The notes under the pieces: model-generated | Seen by the model: only the letters and a program-made list of their open reading frames with translations | Databases searched by the model: none | Told to the model about the DNA's origin: nothing | Origin: an uncultured Solirubrobacterales bacterium | GTDB lineage: Bacteria > Actinomycetota > Thermoleophilia > Solirubrobacterales > Solirubrobacteraceae | Assembly: GCA_963832315.1 (NCBI GenBank) | Contig: CAWHTT010000009.1 | Coordinates: 14,110-78,109 of the forward strand | DNA: 64,000 nucleotides | Direction of reading: 5' to 3' | Shown: in pieces, positions 35,550-44,185 of the stretch | Layout of the letters: every line of letters starts with the position of its first letter | How positions within the stretch are numbered: the first letter of the stretch is position 1 | Position numbers and translations under genes: made by a program

Positions 35550-38060
35550 GTGGTCGGGATCGTCATCGTCTCGCACAGCGAGACGCTGGCCCAGGGCGTG
35601 GTGAGCCTGGCCCGCGAGATGGGCGGCGAGAAGCTTGCGATTTTGGCCGCGGGAGGCACATCAGAGCCCGGCGTCCTGGGAACCGACGCCGAACGCGTGC
35701 GGGCCGCGATCGAGGAGGCCATGTCCGACGACGGCGTGCTCGTGCTGATGGACCTCGGCAGCGCCCTGATGAGCGCCGAGTTCGCCGTCGAGCTACTCGA
35801 GGATCCGCCCGGGCGCGTGCTGCTCAGCGAGGCGCCGCTCGTCGAGGGCGCGGTGGCGGCCGCCGCGGCCGCCAACGGTGGCGCGTCGCTCGACGAGGTC
35901 GCGACCGAGGCGCGCGGTGCCCTGGCTATGAAGTCCTCGCAGCTCGGCGTCGCCGGCGACGAGCCCGCCGAGCCGCCGGACGAGCCCCCGCCCCCGGCTG
36001 CCGATGCCGAGGCGTCGCTCCTCGTGCGCAACGCGATTGGGCTGCACGCTCGGCCGGCGGCGCGGTTCGTCGAGACCGTGCGCGGCTTCGACGCCGAGGT
36101 CTTCGTGGCGAAGGCCGGCGGCGGCTCGCCGGTGAAGGCCACGAGCCTGACCAACGTGGTGGCGCTCGGGGCTCGGTTTGGCGACACGCTGGTGGTCAGC
36201 GCGTCGGGGGCACAGGCGCGCGAGGTCGTCGCGGCCCTGTCGGCGCTGGCCGAAGAGGGGTTCGGCGATGGCGTGGCTAGCTCGCCACCGCCACCGCCAC
36301 GGCCATCGCCGGGGCCACCCGCCCCCGGGGCGGCGCGGCCACGGACACCAACCCTGACCACGATACCGGCGTCACCGGACGAACCGAGCGGGGTGCTGCG
36401 CGGGGTGGCGGCGTCGGCGGGAGTCGTGGGAGGGCCGGCGCATCATCTGCACGGAGAGTTCGCGCCGCCGCCCGACCATCCGGCGGGCGATCGGGAGCGC
36501 GAGCGTCTGGTTGAGGCGATCGAGGAGGCGAAGCGCGCGATCGAACAGGACCGCGAGACGGTCGCGGCGCGCGCCGGCCAGGCCGAGGCGGCAATCTTCG
36601 ACGCCCATCTGGTCCTGCTCGACGACGAGGCGCTCCTCGAGCCGGCGGAGCGCGCGATCGAATCCGGCGCGACTGCCGAGCGCGCGTTCTACGACGCGGC
36701 CGCCGAGGTCGCCGGCCGTTACCGCGCGCTCGAGGAGCCGCTCTTGCAGGAGCGCGCCACCGACGTGCTCGACGTGGGGCGCCGCGTGGTGGGCGCGCTC
36801 AGCGGTGAGCCCGATCACGGTGGCCACGAGGGCATCGTCATCGCCGGCGAGCTCACGCCTGCCGATGCGGCCGCGCTCGACCCCGCCGTCGTCACCGGGA
36901 TCGCCACCGCGCACGGCACCGCGACCGCCCACGCGGCGATCCTCGCCCGCGCGCTCGGGCTGCCGGCGGTGGTCGGACTGGGGGACTCCGTGCTCGGGAT
37001 ACCCGAGGGCGCCACCGTGCTGCTCGACGGCGACGAAGGAACCGTTCACCTCGACCCGCCGGAAGACGTCCTGCGCGAGGCGACCGAGCGGCGTGAGCGT
37101 GCCGAGGAGCGACGGCGTGCCGCGCACGCGCGGGCGCACGAAACCGGCGCCACCAAGGACGGCACCCGGATCGAGGTGTTCGCCAACCTGGGCTCGGTCG
37201 AGGACGCGACGCGCGCGGTCGAACTCGGCGCCGAGGGCGTCGGTCTCCTGCGCACCGAGTTCCTGTTCCTCGACCGCGCCGAGCTGCCCGGAGAGGAGGA
37301 GCAGGCTGAGACCCTGCGAGAGATCGCCCGCGCCCTCGACGGGCGGCCGCTCGTCGTGCGCACGCTCGACGCCGGCGCCGACAAGCCTCTGCCGGCGCTG
37401 CCCATGCCGCCCGAGGCCAACCCGTTCCTCGGTGTGCGCGGGATCCGGCTCACGCTCGAGCGGGGCGACGTGCTCGCCACCCAGCTGCGCGCGATCCTGC
37501 GTGTCGCCGCCGAGCACCCGATCAAGGTGATGCTCCCGATGGTCGCCACGCTCGGCGAGATCGAAGCCGCTCGGGCCGCCCTCGATCAGGCCCGCGCCGA
37601 CACCGGGATCGACGCCCCGCTCGAGTTCGGGATCATGGTCGAGGTCCCGTCGGCTGCGCTGACCGCCGCTCGCTTGGCCGAGCACGTCGACTTCTTCTCG
37701 CTCGGCACGAACGACCTGACTCAGTACACGATGGCCGCCGAACGGGGCGACGAGCGCCTCGCCCCGCTGCTCACCGGACCGCAGCCGGCCGTGCTGCGTC
37801 TGGTTCAGGCGACGGTCGCCGGCGCGCGAGCCCACGACCGCTGGGTCGGGGTGTGCGGCGAGCTGGCCGGCGACCCGCCGACCGCGGTGCTGTTGGCCGG
37901 GCTGGGCGTGACCGAGCTGAGCATGGCCCCGGCGCTCGTGCCGGAGGTCAAGGAAGCGCTGCGCGGCGTCACGCTCGCGCAGGCCCAGGCGGCGGCGCGT
38001 CAGGCGCTCGAGGCCGACAGCGCGGCCGCGGCTCGCGCGCTCGGCGCCGCTTTGTTGTGA
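35550..38060 (+). CDS. dhaM: multidomain PTS phosphoryl donor: DhaM (EIIA-Man-like) - HPr - full-length Enzyme I fusion
   Basis: VGIVIVSHSETLAQG (DhaM His), GLHARPAARFV (HPr His), TATAHAAILARALGLP (EI His), and a PEP-binding C-terminal barrel with GTNDLTQY. Confidence 0.85.
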   Translation: MVGIVIVSHSETLAQGVVSLAREMGGEKLAILAAGGTSEPGVLGTDAERVRAAIEEAMSDDGVLVLMDLGSALMSAEFAVELLEDPPGRVLLSEAPLVEGAVAAAAAANGGASLDEVATEARGALAMKSSQLGVAGDEPAEPPDEPPPPAADAEASLLVRNAIGLHARPAARFVETVRGFDAEVFVAKAGGGSPVKATSLTNVVALGARFGDTLVVSASGAQAREVVAALSALAEEGFGDGVASSPPPPPRPSPGPPAPGAARPRTPTLTTIPASPDEPSGVLRGVAASAGVVGGPAHHLHGEFAPPPDHPAGDRERERLVEAIEEAKRAIEQDRETVAARAGQAEAAIFDAHLVLLDDEALLEPAERAIESGATAERAFYDAAAEVAGRYRALEEPLLQERATDVLDVGRRVVGALSGEPDHGGHEGIVIAGELTPADAAALDPAVVTGIATAHGTATAHAAILARALGLPAVVGLGDSVLGIPEGATVLLDGDEGTVHLDPPEDVLREATERRERAEERRRAAHARAHETGATKDGTRIEVFANLGSVEDATRAVELGAEGVGLLRTEFLFLDRAELPGEEEQAETLREIARALDGRPLVVRTLDAGADKPLPALPMPPEANPFLGVRGIRLTLERGDVLATQLRAILRVAAEHPIKVMLPMVATLGEIEAARAALDQARADTGIDAPLEFGIMVEVPSAALTAARLAEHVDFFSLGTNDLTQYTMAAERGDERLAPLLTGPQPAVLRLVQATVAGARAHDRWVGVCGELAGDPPTAVLLAGLGVTELSMAPALVPEVKEALRGVTLAQAQAAARQALEADSAAAARALGAALL

Positions 38061-38077
38061 GATACGCTCATGCCCAA

Positions 38078-38635
38078 GTGGAAGCGGCGCCGTCCAGCTC
38101 GTTGCGCTCCTCGAGGGTGCTCGCGGCCGGGACCGGCCTGCGCGTGGCCGCCTGTCCGGCGGTGCTGGCGCTCGTCCTGAACGCCTCCTACACCCCCGCC
38201 GCGATCGTCTTCGTGCTTGCGGCGGCCACCGACTGGCTGGACGGGCGCCTGGCCAGGCGCTGGGGAGTGACCACCCGGCTGGGCGCGTTCCTCGACACGA
38301 CGGCCGACAAGCTGCTGGTGAGCACCGCGCTGATCGCACTGGTCTCGGTGCACCGCGCGTCACCCTGGGTGGCGCTGGTCATCATCGCCCGCGAGTTCAC
38401 GATCCTGGGGCTACGCGCCGCGGTCGAATCGGGCGGACGGCGGTTCGAGACTTCGATGCTCGGCAAGTGGAAGGCCACCGTGCAGTTCGTGGCGATCACG
38501 CTGGCGATCCTGCGCCCCGATGTGTTGATCGGCGACGCCTACCTCGATCAGTGGGCGATGGTGATCGCCGCCCTGGTCACCGCCTGGTCGGGCATCGACT
38601 ACATCGTCCAGTTCGCCGCCGCACTGCGCGAATAG
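38078..38635 (+). CDS. pgsA: CDP-alcohol phosphatidyltransferase (phosphatidylglycerophosphate synthase-like)
   Basis: DWLDGRLARRWGVTTRLGAFLDTTADK matches D-x2-DG-x2-AR-x8-G-x3-D-x3-D. The start is uncertain (GTG 38078). Confidence 0.7.
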   Translation: MEAAPSSSLRSSRVLAAGTGLRVAACPAVLALVLNASYTPAAIVFVLAAATDWLDGRLARRWGVTTRLGAFLDTTADKLLVSTALIALVSVHRASPWVALVIIAREFTILGLRAAVESGGRRFETSMLGKWKATVQFVAITLAILRPDVLIGDAYLDQWAMVIAALVTAWSGIDYIVQFAAALRE

Positions 38636-39616
38636 GTGGCTCGGGTGTTTGTCACCGGGGGGACGGGGGTGATCGGCGGTGCCCTCGTGCGCCGGCTGCT
38701 CGAGCGAGGCGACGAGGTCGTCGGCCTGGCCCGCTCCGACGCGGCCGCCGCCAAGCTCGAGTCGCTCGGTGCCCGGGTCGTCCGCGGCGAGGGCTACGAC
38801 GTCGATGCGCTCGCCCGGGGCATGGACGGGTGCGCGTTCGCGTACAACGTGGCCGGCGTCAACGCGCTGTGCGTGGAGGATCCGCGCCCGATGGAGCGCC
38901 TGAACGTGGACGGAGCGGCCGCCGCCGTCCGCGCCGCCGCCCGCGCCGGCATAACCCGGTTGGTGCACACCTCCTCGGCGGCGACGATCGGTGAGGCGCC
39001 GGGGACGGTCGGCACCGAGCACACCGTGCATCGCGGCTGGTACCTCTCGACCTACGAGCGCACGAAGACCGAGGGCGAGCGCGCCGCGCTGGCCGCCGCA
39101 CGCGAGGTCGGGCAGGATCTCGTGCTGGTCAATCCCTCCTCGGTGCAGGGCCCGGGCCGCGCCGGTGGCACCGGACGGTTCATGCTCGCCTTCCTCGACG
39201 GCCGGCTCAAGGTGTTCGTCCCCACGGTGGTCAGCCTCGTCGACATCGACGACTGCGTCACCGGCCACCTGCTGGCGGGCGAGCGCGGGGCGGCCGGCGA
39301 GCGCTATCTGCTCAACGGGATGACACTCCCGATCGACCAGGCGCTCGCGCTGGCCGCGGAGGTGGCGGGCGTCGAACGCCGCCCTCGGCTGGTCCCGCGG
39401 CGCGTGGCCACGATCGCCGCGGGCCTGCTCGAGCGCGGCTTCCGGCTGGCCGGGCGCCACCCACCGGTGTGCCGGGAGATGGTCCGCACGCTGCTGCACG
39501 GACATCGCTACGACGGCTCGCGGGCCGAGCGCGAACTCGGGCTGCGCTACACCGAGCCGCGCGAGACGATCCGCAAGACCGTGGCCTGGGCTCGCGCGGA
39601 GGGCCTGATCGGCTGA
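38636..39616 (+). CDS. NAD-dependent epimerase/dehydratase
   Basis: VFVTGGTGVIGGALVRRL Rossmann motif and YERTK catalytic motif. GTG start directly after the pgsA stop. Confidence 0.8.
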   Translation: MARVFVTGGTGVIGGALVRRLLERGDEVVGLARSDAAAAKLESLGARVVRGEGYDVDALARGMDGCAFAYNVAGVNALCVEDPRPMERLNVDGAAAAVRAAARAGITRLVHTSSAATIGEAPGTVGTEHTVHRGWYLSTYERTKTEGERAALAAAREVGQDLVLVNPSSVQGPGRAGGTGRFMLAFLDGRLKVFVPTVVSLVDIDDCVTGHLLAGERGAAGERYLLNGMTLPIDQALALAAEVAGVERRPRLVPRRVATIAAGLLERGFRLAGRHPPVCREMVRTLLHGHRYDGSRAERELGLRYTEPRETIRKTVAWARAEGLIG

Positions 39617-39620
39617 GCGC

Positions 39621-39815
39621 TCAGAACAGGCTCTGCGAGTTCAGGTGCACTTCGGTCAGCGCCGCCAGATGCAGGTCGTCGATCTTCGCCACGGCCTCGC
39701 TCACGCAATCTCTGATGATCACGTAGCTGATCGTGCCCCGCCGCAACCCATAGTTCTGCACGGTCCGCCGATCGACGATCTCGTACAGGTGAACCCCATC
39801 CGTGAGGTACGACAT
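39621..39815 (-). CDS. small hypothetical protein (64 aa), paralogue A
   Basis: MSYLTDGVHLYEIVDRRTVQNYGLRRGTISYVIIRDCVSEAVAKIDDLHLAALTEV.., with GGAGA 8 nt upstream of ATG 39815. 44 of 57 aligned residues are identical to the neighbour. Confidence 0.55.
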   Translation of the reverse strand: MSYLTDGVHLYEIVDRRTVQNYGLRRGTISYVIIRDCVSEAVAKIDDLHLAALTEVHLNSQSLF

Positions 39816-39920
39816 TCCCATTTCTCCGCGCTTTCGGCCGCGTGTTCGCGATCCGTACTGCAAGTGCGATTCTGCACGAGATAAACGGGACCAGCCTATG
39901 CCAATTTGCGCAATTTGCGA

Positions 39921-40094
39921 TCAGCGAACTTCGGACAGCGCGGCCAGTTGCAGATCGTCGATCGTGGCCGTGGCCTCGCTGACGCAATCGCGAATGATCA
40001 CGTAGCGGATGGTTCCGCGTCGCAGCCCGTAGTTCTCCACGGTGCGCTGCGAGGCGACCTCGTACAGATGAGTACCGTCGGTCAGATACCTCAT
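39921..40094 (-). CDS. small hypothetical protein (57 aa), paralogue B, absent from the ORF track
   Basis: Hand translation of the minus strand gives MRYLTDGTHLYEVASQRTVENYGLRRGTIRYVIIRDCVSEATATIDDLQLAALSEVR then a stop. Conservation with paralogue A at protein level supports coding. Confidence 0.5.
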   Translation of the reverse strand: MRYLTDGTHLYEVASQRTVENYGLRRGTIRYVIIRDCVSEATATIDDLQLAALSEVR

Positions 40095-40181
40095 AGGAGT
40101 CGTCGCTCTTCTCTATCTGGGTTGCGGCAAGCCTTGCCAAAGCTACACAACCGTAGTTCCCTACCTTCGGAGACGTTTTAC

Positions 40182-40212
40182 CCTGCAAGAGCGCGCTTTA
40201 CGCGCTTGCAGG
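40182..40212 (-). terminator. hairpin downstream of the pqq operon (weak terminator candidate)
   Basis: CCTGCAAGAGCGCG / CGCGCTTGCAGG imperfect inverted repeat with a 5-nt loop, 57 nt after the stop of the R2-like gene. No clear U-tract. Confidence 0.25.
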
Positions 40213-40268
40213 TTGGATAGCAACCGAGGCGGCGAAACGCCTATGGCCGTACGTACAAAGACGCTGTT

Positions 40269-41117
40269 CTAAGCGACCGGCAACGCGTCGGCCAGGCCCG
40301 CGATCGACAGCCGCCGGCGGCACAGGTCCACCGCGTACTTCCGGGTCGCCTCGGGCACCGCGTCCCCCCAGGCGCCGGCCGCTTCGGTGGCGCGGTTCAG
40401 CACGTCGCTGAGGAGGACCTCAGGGTCCTTGGCCTCGGTCAGGCACCGCACGCCGAAGCCGACGTGCCAACGCTCATCGCGCTCCACGTTCTCCACGCCC
40501 TTGCGTATCCCGGGGAGGGCGTCGTCCTCCAGGTCGTCGAGCAGCGCGCGCTGACCGGCGGTGAACACGGCTCCCTCGAGCACCATGTGGTAGAGCCGGA
40601 CGCCGTCCAGGATGCCGGTGCGCTTTGCCGTGATCTCGGCGGCCATCGCGGGCAGGCGCTCTTCGAAGAGTTCGAGGAACGCGGCCGGGACGTGCTCCCG
40701 CGCCGCGGCGAGGCGGTCGGCCGGGGCATCTCCCGGCAGACCCAGCACCTCGGCGGCGATGCGGTCGAAGAACAGGGCGTGACGGTCCTCGTCGCGGCGC
40801 TGGAGGAAGAAGATCCACATCATCATCGTGTCGACGTGCTCGGCGCGGTCCGCGAACGGTGTGAGGTGCTCGGCGACCGAGTCTTCGGCGACGCGGAAGC
40901 CGGCGAGCAGCGTGGTCAGGCGGTGGCGACGCTCCTCGGAGAGCTCAGGCCAGGCTTTGGCGTCGGGGGCGAGATCGATGGCGTTCGGATCCCACTGGAG
41001 CTTGGCGACGATCTGGGAGTACGTCGACAGCCGCGGGAAGATCGACAGCTGCGAGCGGTCAGCGAGGGGAACGCTGAGGCCGCCCGCCCCGGCGGGGATG
41101 TACGGGTCTTGCGCCAT
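40269..41117 (-). CDS. ferritin-like di-iron carboxylate protein related to ribonucleotide reductase R2 (not a canonical R2)
   Basis: Four-helix ligand pattern: AED/AEH, EDRH, LEGAV, ERWH (E, ExxH, E, ExxH). Phe stands where class I R2 has the radical Tyr (EDRHALFF). ATG 41117 overlaps the pqqE stop (ATGA). Confidence 0.75.
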   Translation of the reverse strand: MAQDPYIPAGAGGLSVPLADRSQLSIFPRLSTYSQIVAKLQWDPNAIDLAPDAKAWPELSEERRHRLTTLLAGFRVAEDSVAEHLTPFADRAEHVDTMMMWIFFLQRRDEDRHALFFDRIAAEVLGLPGDAPADRLAAAREHVPAAFLELFEERLPAMAAEITAKRTGILDGVRLYHMVLEGAVFTAGQRALLDDLEDDALPGIRKGVENVERDERWHVGFGVRCLTEAKDPEVLLSDVLNRATEAAGAWGDAVPEATRKYAVDLCRRRLSIAGLADALPVA

Positions 41118-42253
41118 CAGGAAATAGTTTGCCGAATCGGCGGCCGCGTCCCTGGGTCGGAGCCGCGCGGTCGCTTCACCGTGCGATAGACGAACTCATC
41201 CGTCTGCGCCGACTCTCGCATCGACACGATTTGCTCATGATGTGGCGAGAACTGGCACACCGGATCGGTGGCCGCCGCGGTGCCGGTCAGCCGGAGCGCC
41301 TGGCAACGGCAGCCGCCCCAATCCACCTCCTGGCGCCCGACCGGGCACGAGCGGCACGGCTCCTGCATCCAGTCCGTGCCGCGAAACCGGGCGAACGCGT
41401 CGGACTCGTTCCAGATCCACTCGAGCGGATGCTCACGGACATTGGCGAACTCGAGTCCCGGGATCGTCGACGCCGCCTGGCACGGCAGCACGTCGCCGTT
41501 AGGCGCCACCACCATGGCCGTCTGGCCCCAGCCGCCCATGCACGGCTTGGGGAGATCCTCGTAGTAGTCGGGAAGCACCCAGAGGACGTCGACCTTGGGG
41601 CCGACGCGTTCACGGAAGCGCTTGACCGCATCCTCGCCGCGCCGCAGCTGTTCCCAGGTCGGCATCAGCGCCTCCTGGTTGAGGACCGCCCAGCCGTAGT
41701 ACTGGGTGTTGGCGAGCTCGAGCCGTTGTGCCCCGAGATCGAGGGTCAGGTCGAGCAGCTCCTCTATGCGGTCGAGGTTCTGGCGGTGCAGAACACAGTT
41801 GATGGTCAGTGGGAAGTCGAGCTCCCGTGCCGCACGCGCGGCCGCGATCTTCTTCTCGAACGATCGGTTGCCCGCGATGCGGTCGTTCTCCTCCGGGTTC
41901 GGGCTCTGGATCGAGACCTGAACGTGGTCGAGTCCGGCCGCCTTCAGCTGCTCCGCACGCTCCCGTGTGAACAGCGTGCCGGCGGTGATCAGCGACGAGT
42001 AGAGCCCCGCGTCGCGCGCTCCGGCACACAGCTCGGCGAGATCGCGCCGGAGCATCGGCTCGCCGCCGGTCAGGGCGAGCTGGAGGACGCCGAGCCCACG
42101 CGCCTGACCGAAGGTGCGTATCCAGTCGCCGGTCTCGAGCTCATCGCGGTACTTCGCATGCCCGATGTCGGTCGGGTTGGAGCAGTACGGGCAGTGCAGC
42201 GGGCACTGATATGACAACTCGGCGATCAGGGTGAAAGGCCTAAGCGCCGGCAT
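41117..42253 (-). CDS. pqqE: PQQ biosynthesis radical SAM/SPASM enzyme PqqE
   Basis: CPLHCPYCSNP radical SAM motif, GGEPMLR, and C-terminal SPASM cysteines (CMGGWG.., CQA.., CRSCP..CRCQ). The start is chosen at MPALRPFTLIAEL (42253). Confidence 0.9.
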   Translation of the reverse strand: MPALRPFTLIAELSYQCPLHCPYCSNPTDIGHAKYRDELETGDWIRTFGQARGLGVLQLALTGGEPMLRRDLAELCAGARDAGLYSSLITAGTLFTRERAEQLKAAGLDHVQVSIQSPNPEENDRIAGNRSFEKKIAAARAARELDFPLTINCVLHRQNLDRIEELLDLTLDLGAQRLELANTQYYGWAVLNQEALMPTWEQLRRGEDAVKRFRERVGPKVDVLWVLPDYYEDLPKPCMGGWGQTAMVVAPNGDVLPCQAASTIPGLEFANVREHPLEWIWNESDAFARFRGTDWMQEPCRSCPVGRQEVDWGGCRCQALRLTGTAAATDPVCQFSPHHEQIVSMRESAQTDEFVYRTVKRPRGSDPGTRPPIRQTIS

Positions 42254-42503
42254 CGACCAGGAGTCCTCTCTCCGCCATCCCGTCGACCAGGTCGCGAACG
42301 TCCTCGCCGAGGTCAGCACCTTCGTACCGTTCGGCCAGGACGCCGACGATGTCATCCACAGAGCGCTCTCCGTCGCACAGCTCGAGCACCTCGGCCGCGC
42401 TCGGGTTCAAGCGCACCGCCCCCTCGGGGACCAGGAGCAGATGCTCCTCGCGGACCTCGTCATAGCGCAGCCGCGCGCCGGTGACGAGGCGGGGACGAGT
42501 CAC
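42240..42503 (-). CDS. pqqD: PQQ biosynthesis peptide chaperone PqqD
   Basis: LLLVPEGAVRLNPSAAEVLELCDGERSVDDIV is typical of PqqD. GTG 42503 overlaps the pqqC stop (GTGA). Confidence 0.85.
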   Translation of the reverse strand: MTRPRLVTGARLRYDEVREEHLLLVPEGAVRLNPSAAEVLELCDGERSVDDIVGVLAERYEGADLGEDVRDLVDGMAERGLLVDAGA

Positions 42504-43231
42504 TCGCCCTCCGCGTGGGGCTGCGAATCGCCGCGCTCGATCGCATCGAGCTGCGCCCACAGCACCTCGGTCTTGAATCGCAAGGCGGCCACCGCAGCGT
42601 CCTGCTGCTCGCGCGTGCGGCAGCGATCGACCACGAGCTCGAGCGCATAGTCGGCGTCACGGGGGGCCTTGACGAGCCGCGTGCGGAAGTACTCGAGGCC
42701 GGCGGGATCGATCCAGTCGTAATGGCGCTCGAGCGCCTCGAGGCGGACACGGATCGCGGCCGGGCCGAACAGCTCCGTGAGCGAAGACGCCACCGCCTCG
42801 ATCCATGGCTTCTGGCGGGCGAAGTTCACATATGCGTCGACCGCGTAGCGCACGCCGGGAAGGACGCCGCGCTCTGACTCGAGCTCCTCGCGCGAGACGC
42901 CGAGCGCCTCGCCGAGGCGCAGCCACGACTCGATCCCGCCCGTTCGGGCCGCGGTTCCATCGTGATCGATGATCCGCTGGATCCATTCGCGCCGGACTTC
43001 GACCTCGGGGCAGTTGGACATGATCGCCGCGTCCTTGAGCGGAATGCACTTCTGGTAGTAGAACCGGTTCGTCACCCAACGCCGGAGTTCGTCGCGTGTC
43101 AACTCACCACCGTCCATGCGGCGGTGGAAGGGATGCAGATGGTGATAACGCGACCCCTGGGCGCGCAACTCGGCGATGAATTCCTCGGGCGGGGCTGGTC
43201 GCTCCGCTGGCTGGGTGACTGTCTCGATCAC
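42500..43231 (-). CDS. pqqC: pyrroloquinoline-quinone synthase PqqC
   Basis: YHHLHPFHRRMDGGELTRDELRRWVTNRFYYQ and the rest of the PqqC/TenA-like fold sequence. Confidence 0.9.
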   Translation of the reverse strand: MIETVTQPAERPAPPEEFIAELRAQGSRYHHLHPFHRRMDGGELTRDELRRWVTNRFYYQKCIPLKDAAIMSNCPEVEVRREWIQRIIDHDGTAARTGGIESWLRLGEALGVSREELESERGVLPGVRYAVDAYVNFARQKPWIEAVASSLTELFGPAAIRVRLEALERHYDWIDPAGLEYFRTRLVKAPRDADYALELVVDRCRTREQQDAAVAALRFKTEVLWAQLDAIERGDSQPHAEGE

Positions 43232-44124
43232 AGCTCGACCTCGAGTCCATCGTAAGCGACCTCAACCCCGGCGCGCAAAACGGCCGCCCGCTCAGGTGAG
43301 TCTTCGAGCAGGATGGGGTTGGTGTTGTTGATGTGCACGAGTGCCTTCCGCGGTCGCTCGAGTCCGGCCAGTGCCTCGAGCGTCCCACCCGGGCCTGACA
43401 GCGGCAGATGCCCCATGTCGCGTGCGCTGCGCGCGGAGATGCCGAGGCGGGCAAGCTCGTCGTCGCGCCAGAAGGTGCCGTCGAGCAGCACGAGGTCGCT
43501 GTCGGCGAGCCGTGCCAGCACGGCGTCGTCCAGGCGGGCGAGCCCGGGGATATAGGTGAGCACGCCGCCGCCGGCGGCGTCCCGGAACACGAACCCGCTC
43601 GCCTCGAGTTCGACGCCCGACCCGTCGAGATAACGCGGCGCGTCACCGCCCACGTCGAACCGCTCGACCGTCAGGCTCGAGCCGTCGAGCGGGCAGGCCC
43701 GCTCCGGCTCGAGCGTGTGCCACTCCAGGCCGCAGAAACGCTCGAGGATCGAGAGCACCGGGTAACCCTGCCGGAGCGCAAGCTCGACGCCGTCGCCGCC
43801 GTATACGCGCACGGGCGCCGCGGACTCGCGCAGGAGGAGCAGTCCGGCGGTGTGGTCGATCTCGGCGTCGGTCAGGAGCACGCCGGCGATCGGCGCAGAT
43901 CGCACGCCCTCGGCCGGCGGCCCGGTGAGCGCCTCGAGTTGCAGGCGCGCGTCGGGCGACGCGTTCACGAGAAACCACGGACCGTCTCCGCCGCGGATCG
44001 CGAGCGAAGACTGCGTCCGGGGTCGTGCCCGAACGCCTGCTCGGGCCGCCTCACAGGTTGGACAGCGGCAATTCCACTGCGGGAACCCGCCCCCGGCGGC
44101 CGAGCCGAGAATCCGGACGCGCAC
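43228..44124 (-). CDS. pqqB: PQQ biosynthesis protein PqqB (metallo-beta-lactamase fold)
   Basis: MRVRILGSAAGGGFPQWNCRCPTC N-terminus is characteristic of PqqB. GTGA overlap with pqqC. Confidence 0.9.
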   Translation of the reverse strand: MRVRILGSAAGGGFPQWNCRCPTCEAARAGVRARPRTQSSLAIRGGDGPWFLVNASPDARLQLEALTGPPAEGVRSAPIAGVLLTDAEIDHTAGLLLLRESAAPVRVYGGDGVELALRQGYPVLSILERFCGLEWHTLEPERACPLDGSSLTVERFDVGGDAPRYLDGSGVELEASGFVFRDAAGGGVLTYIPGLARLDDAVLARLADSDLVLLDGTFWRDDELARLGISARSARDMGHLPLSGPGGTLEALAGLERPRKALVHINNTNPILLEDSPERAAVLRAGVEVAYDGLEVEL

Positions 44125-44185
44125 GTTTGGTTGAAGCGGTGCGCAGCCTCAGGCGGGCGCCAGAGGCCACGCCAGCTTCACGGTC

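Noticed and set aside
38070-38183. ATG-initiated 37-codon ORF (MPKWKRRRPARC..) just after the dhaM stop.
   Set aside because: Arg-rich and overlaps the frame that carries the CDP-alcohol phosphatidyltransferase motif. The GTG 38078 frame is the coding one.
34370-38363. Two 663-aa minus-strand ORFs (34370..36361 and 36372..38363) antisense to glpC and dhaM-HPr-EI.
   Set aside because: Low-complexity Arg/Gly/Ala/Pro composition. They lie opposite genes whose catalytic motifs can be read directly.
40269-41117. Calling the ferritin-like gene a bona fide ribonucleotide reductase small subunit (nrdB/nrdF).
   Set aside because: Phe replaces the radical Tyr four residues after the first ExxH His. 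There is no nrdA/nrdE nearby, and the gene is translationally coupled to pqqE.
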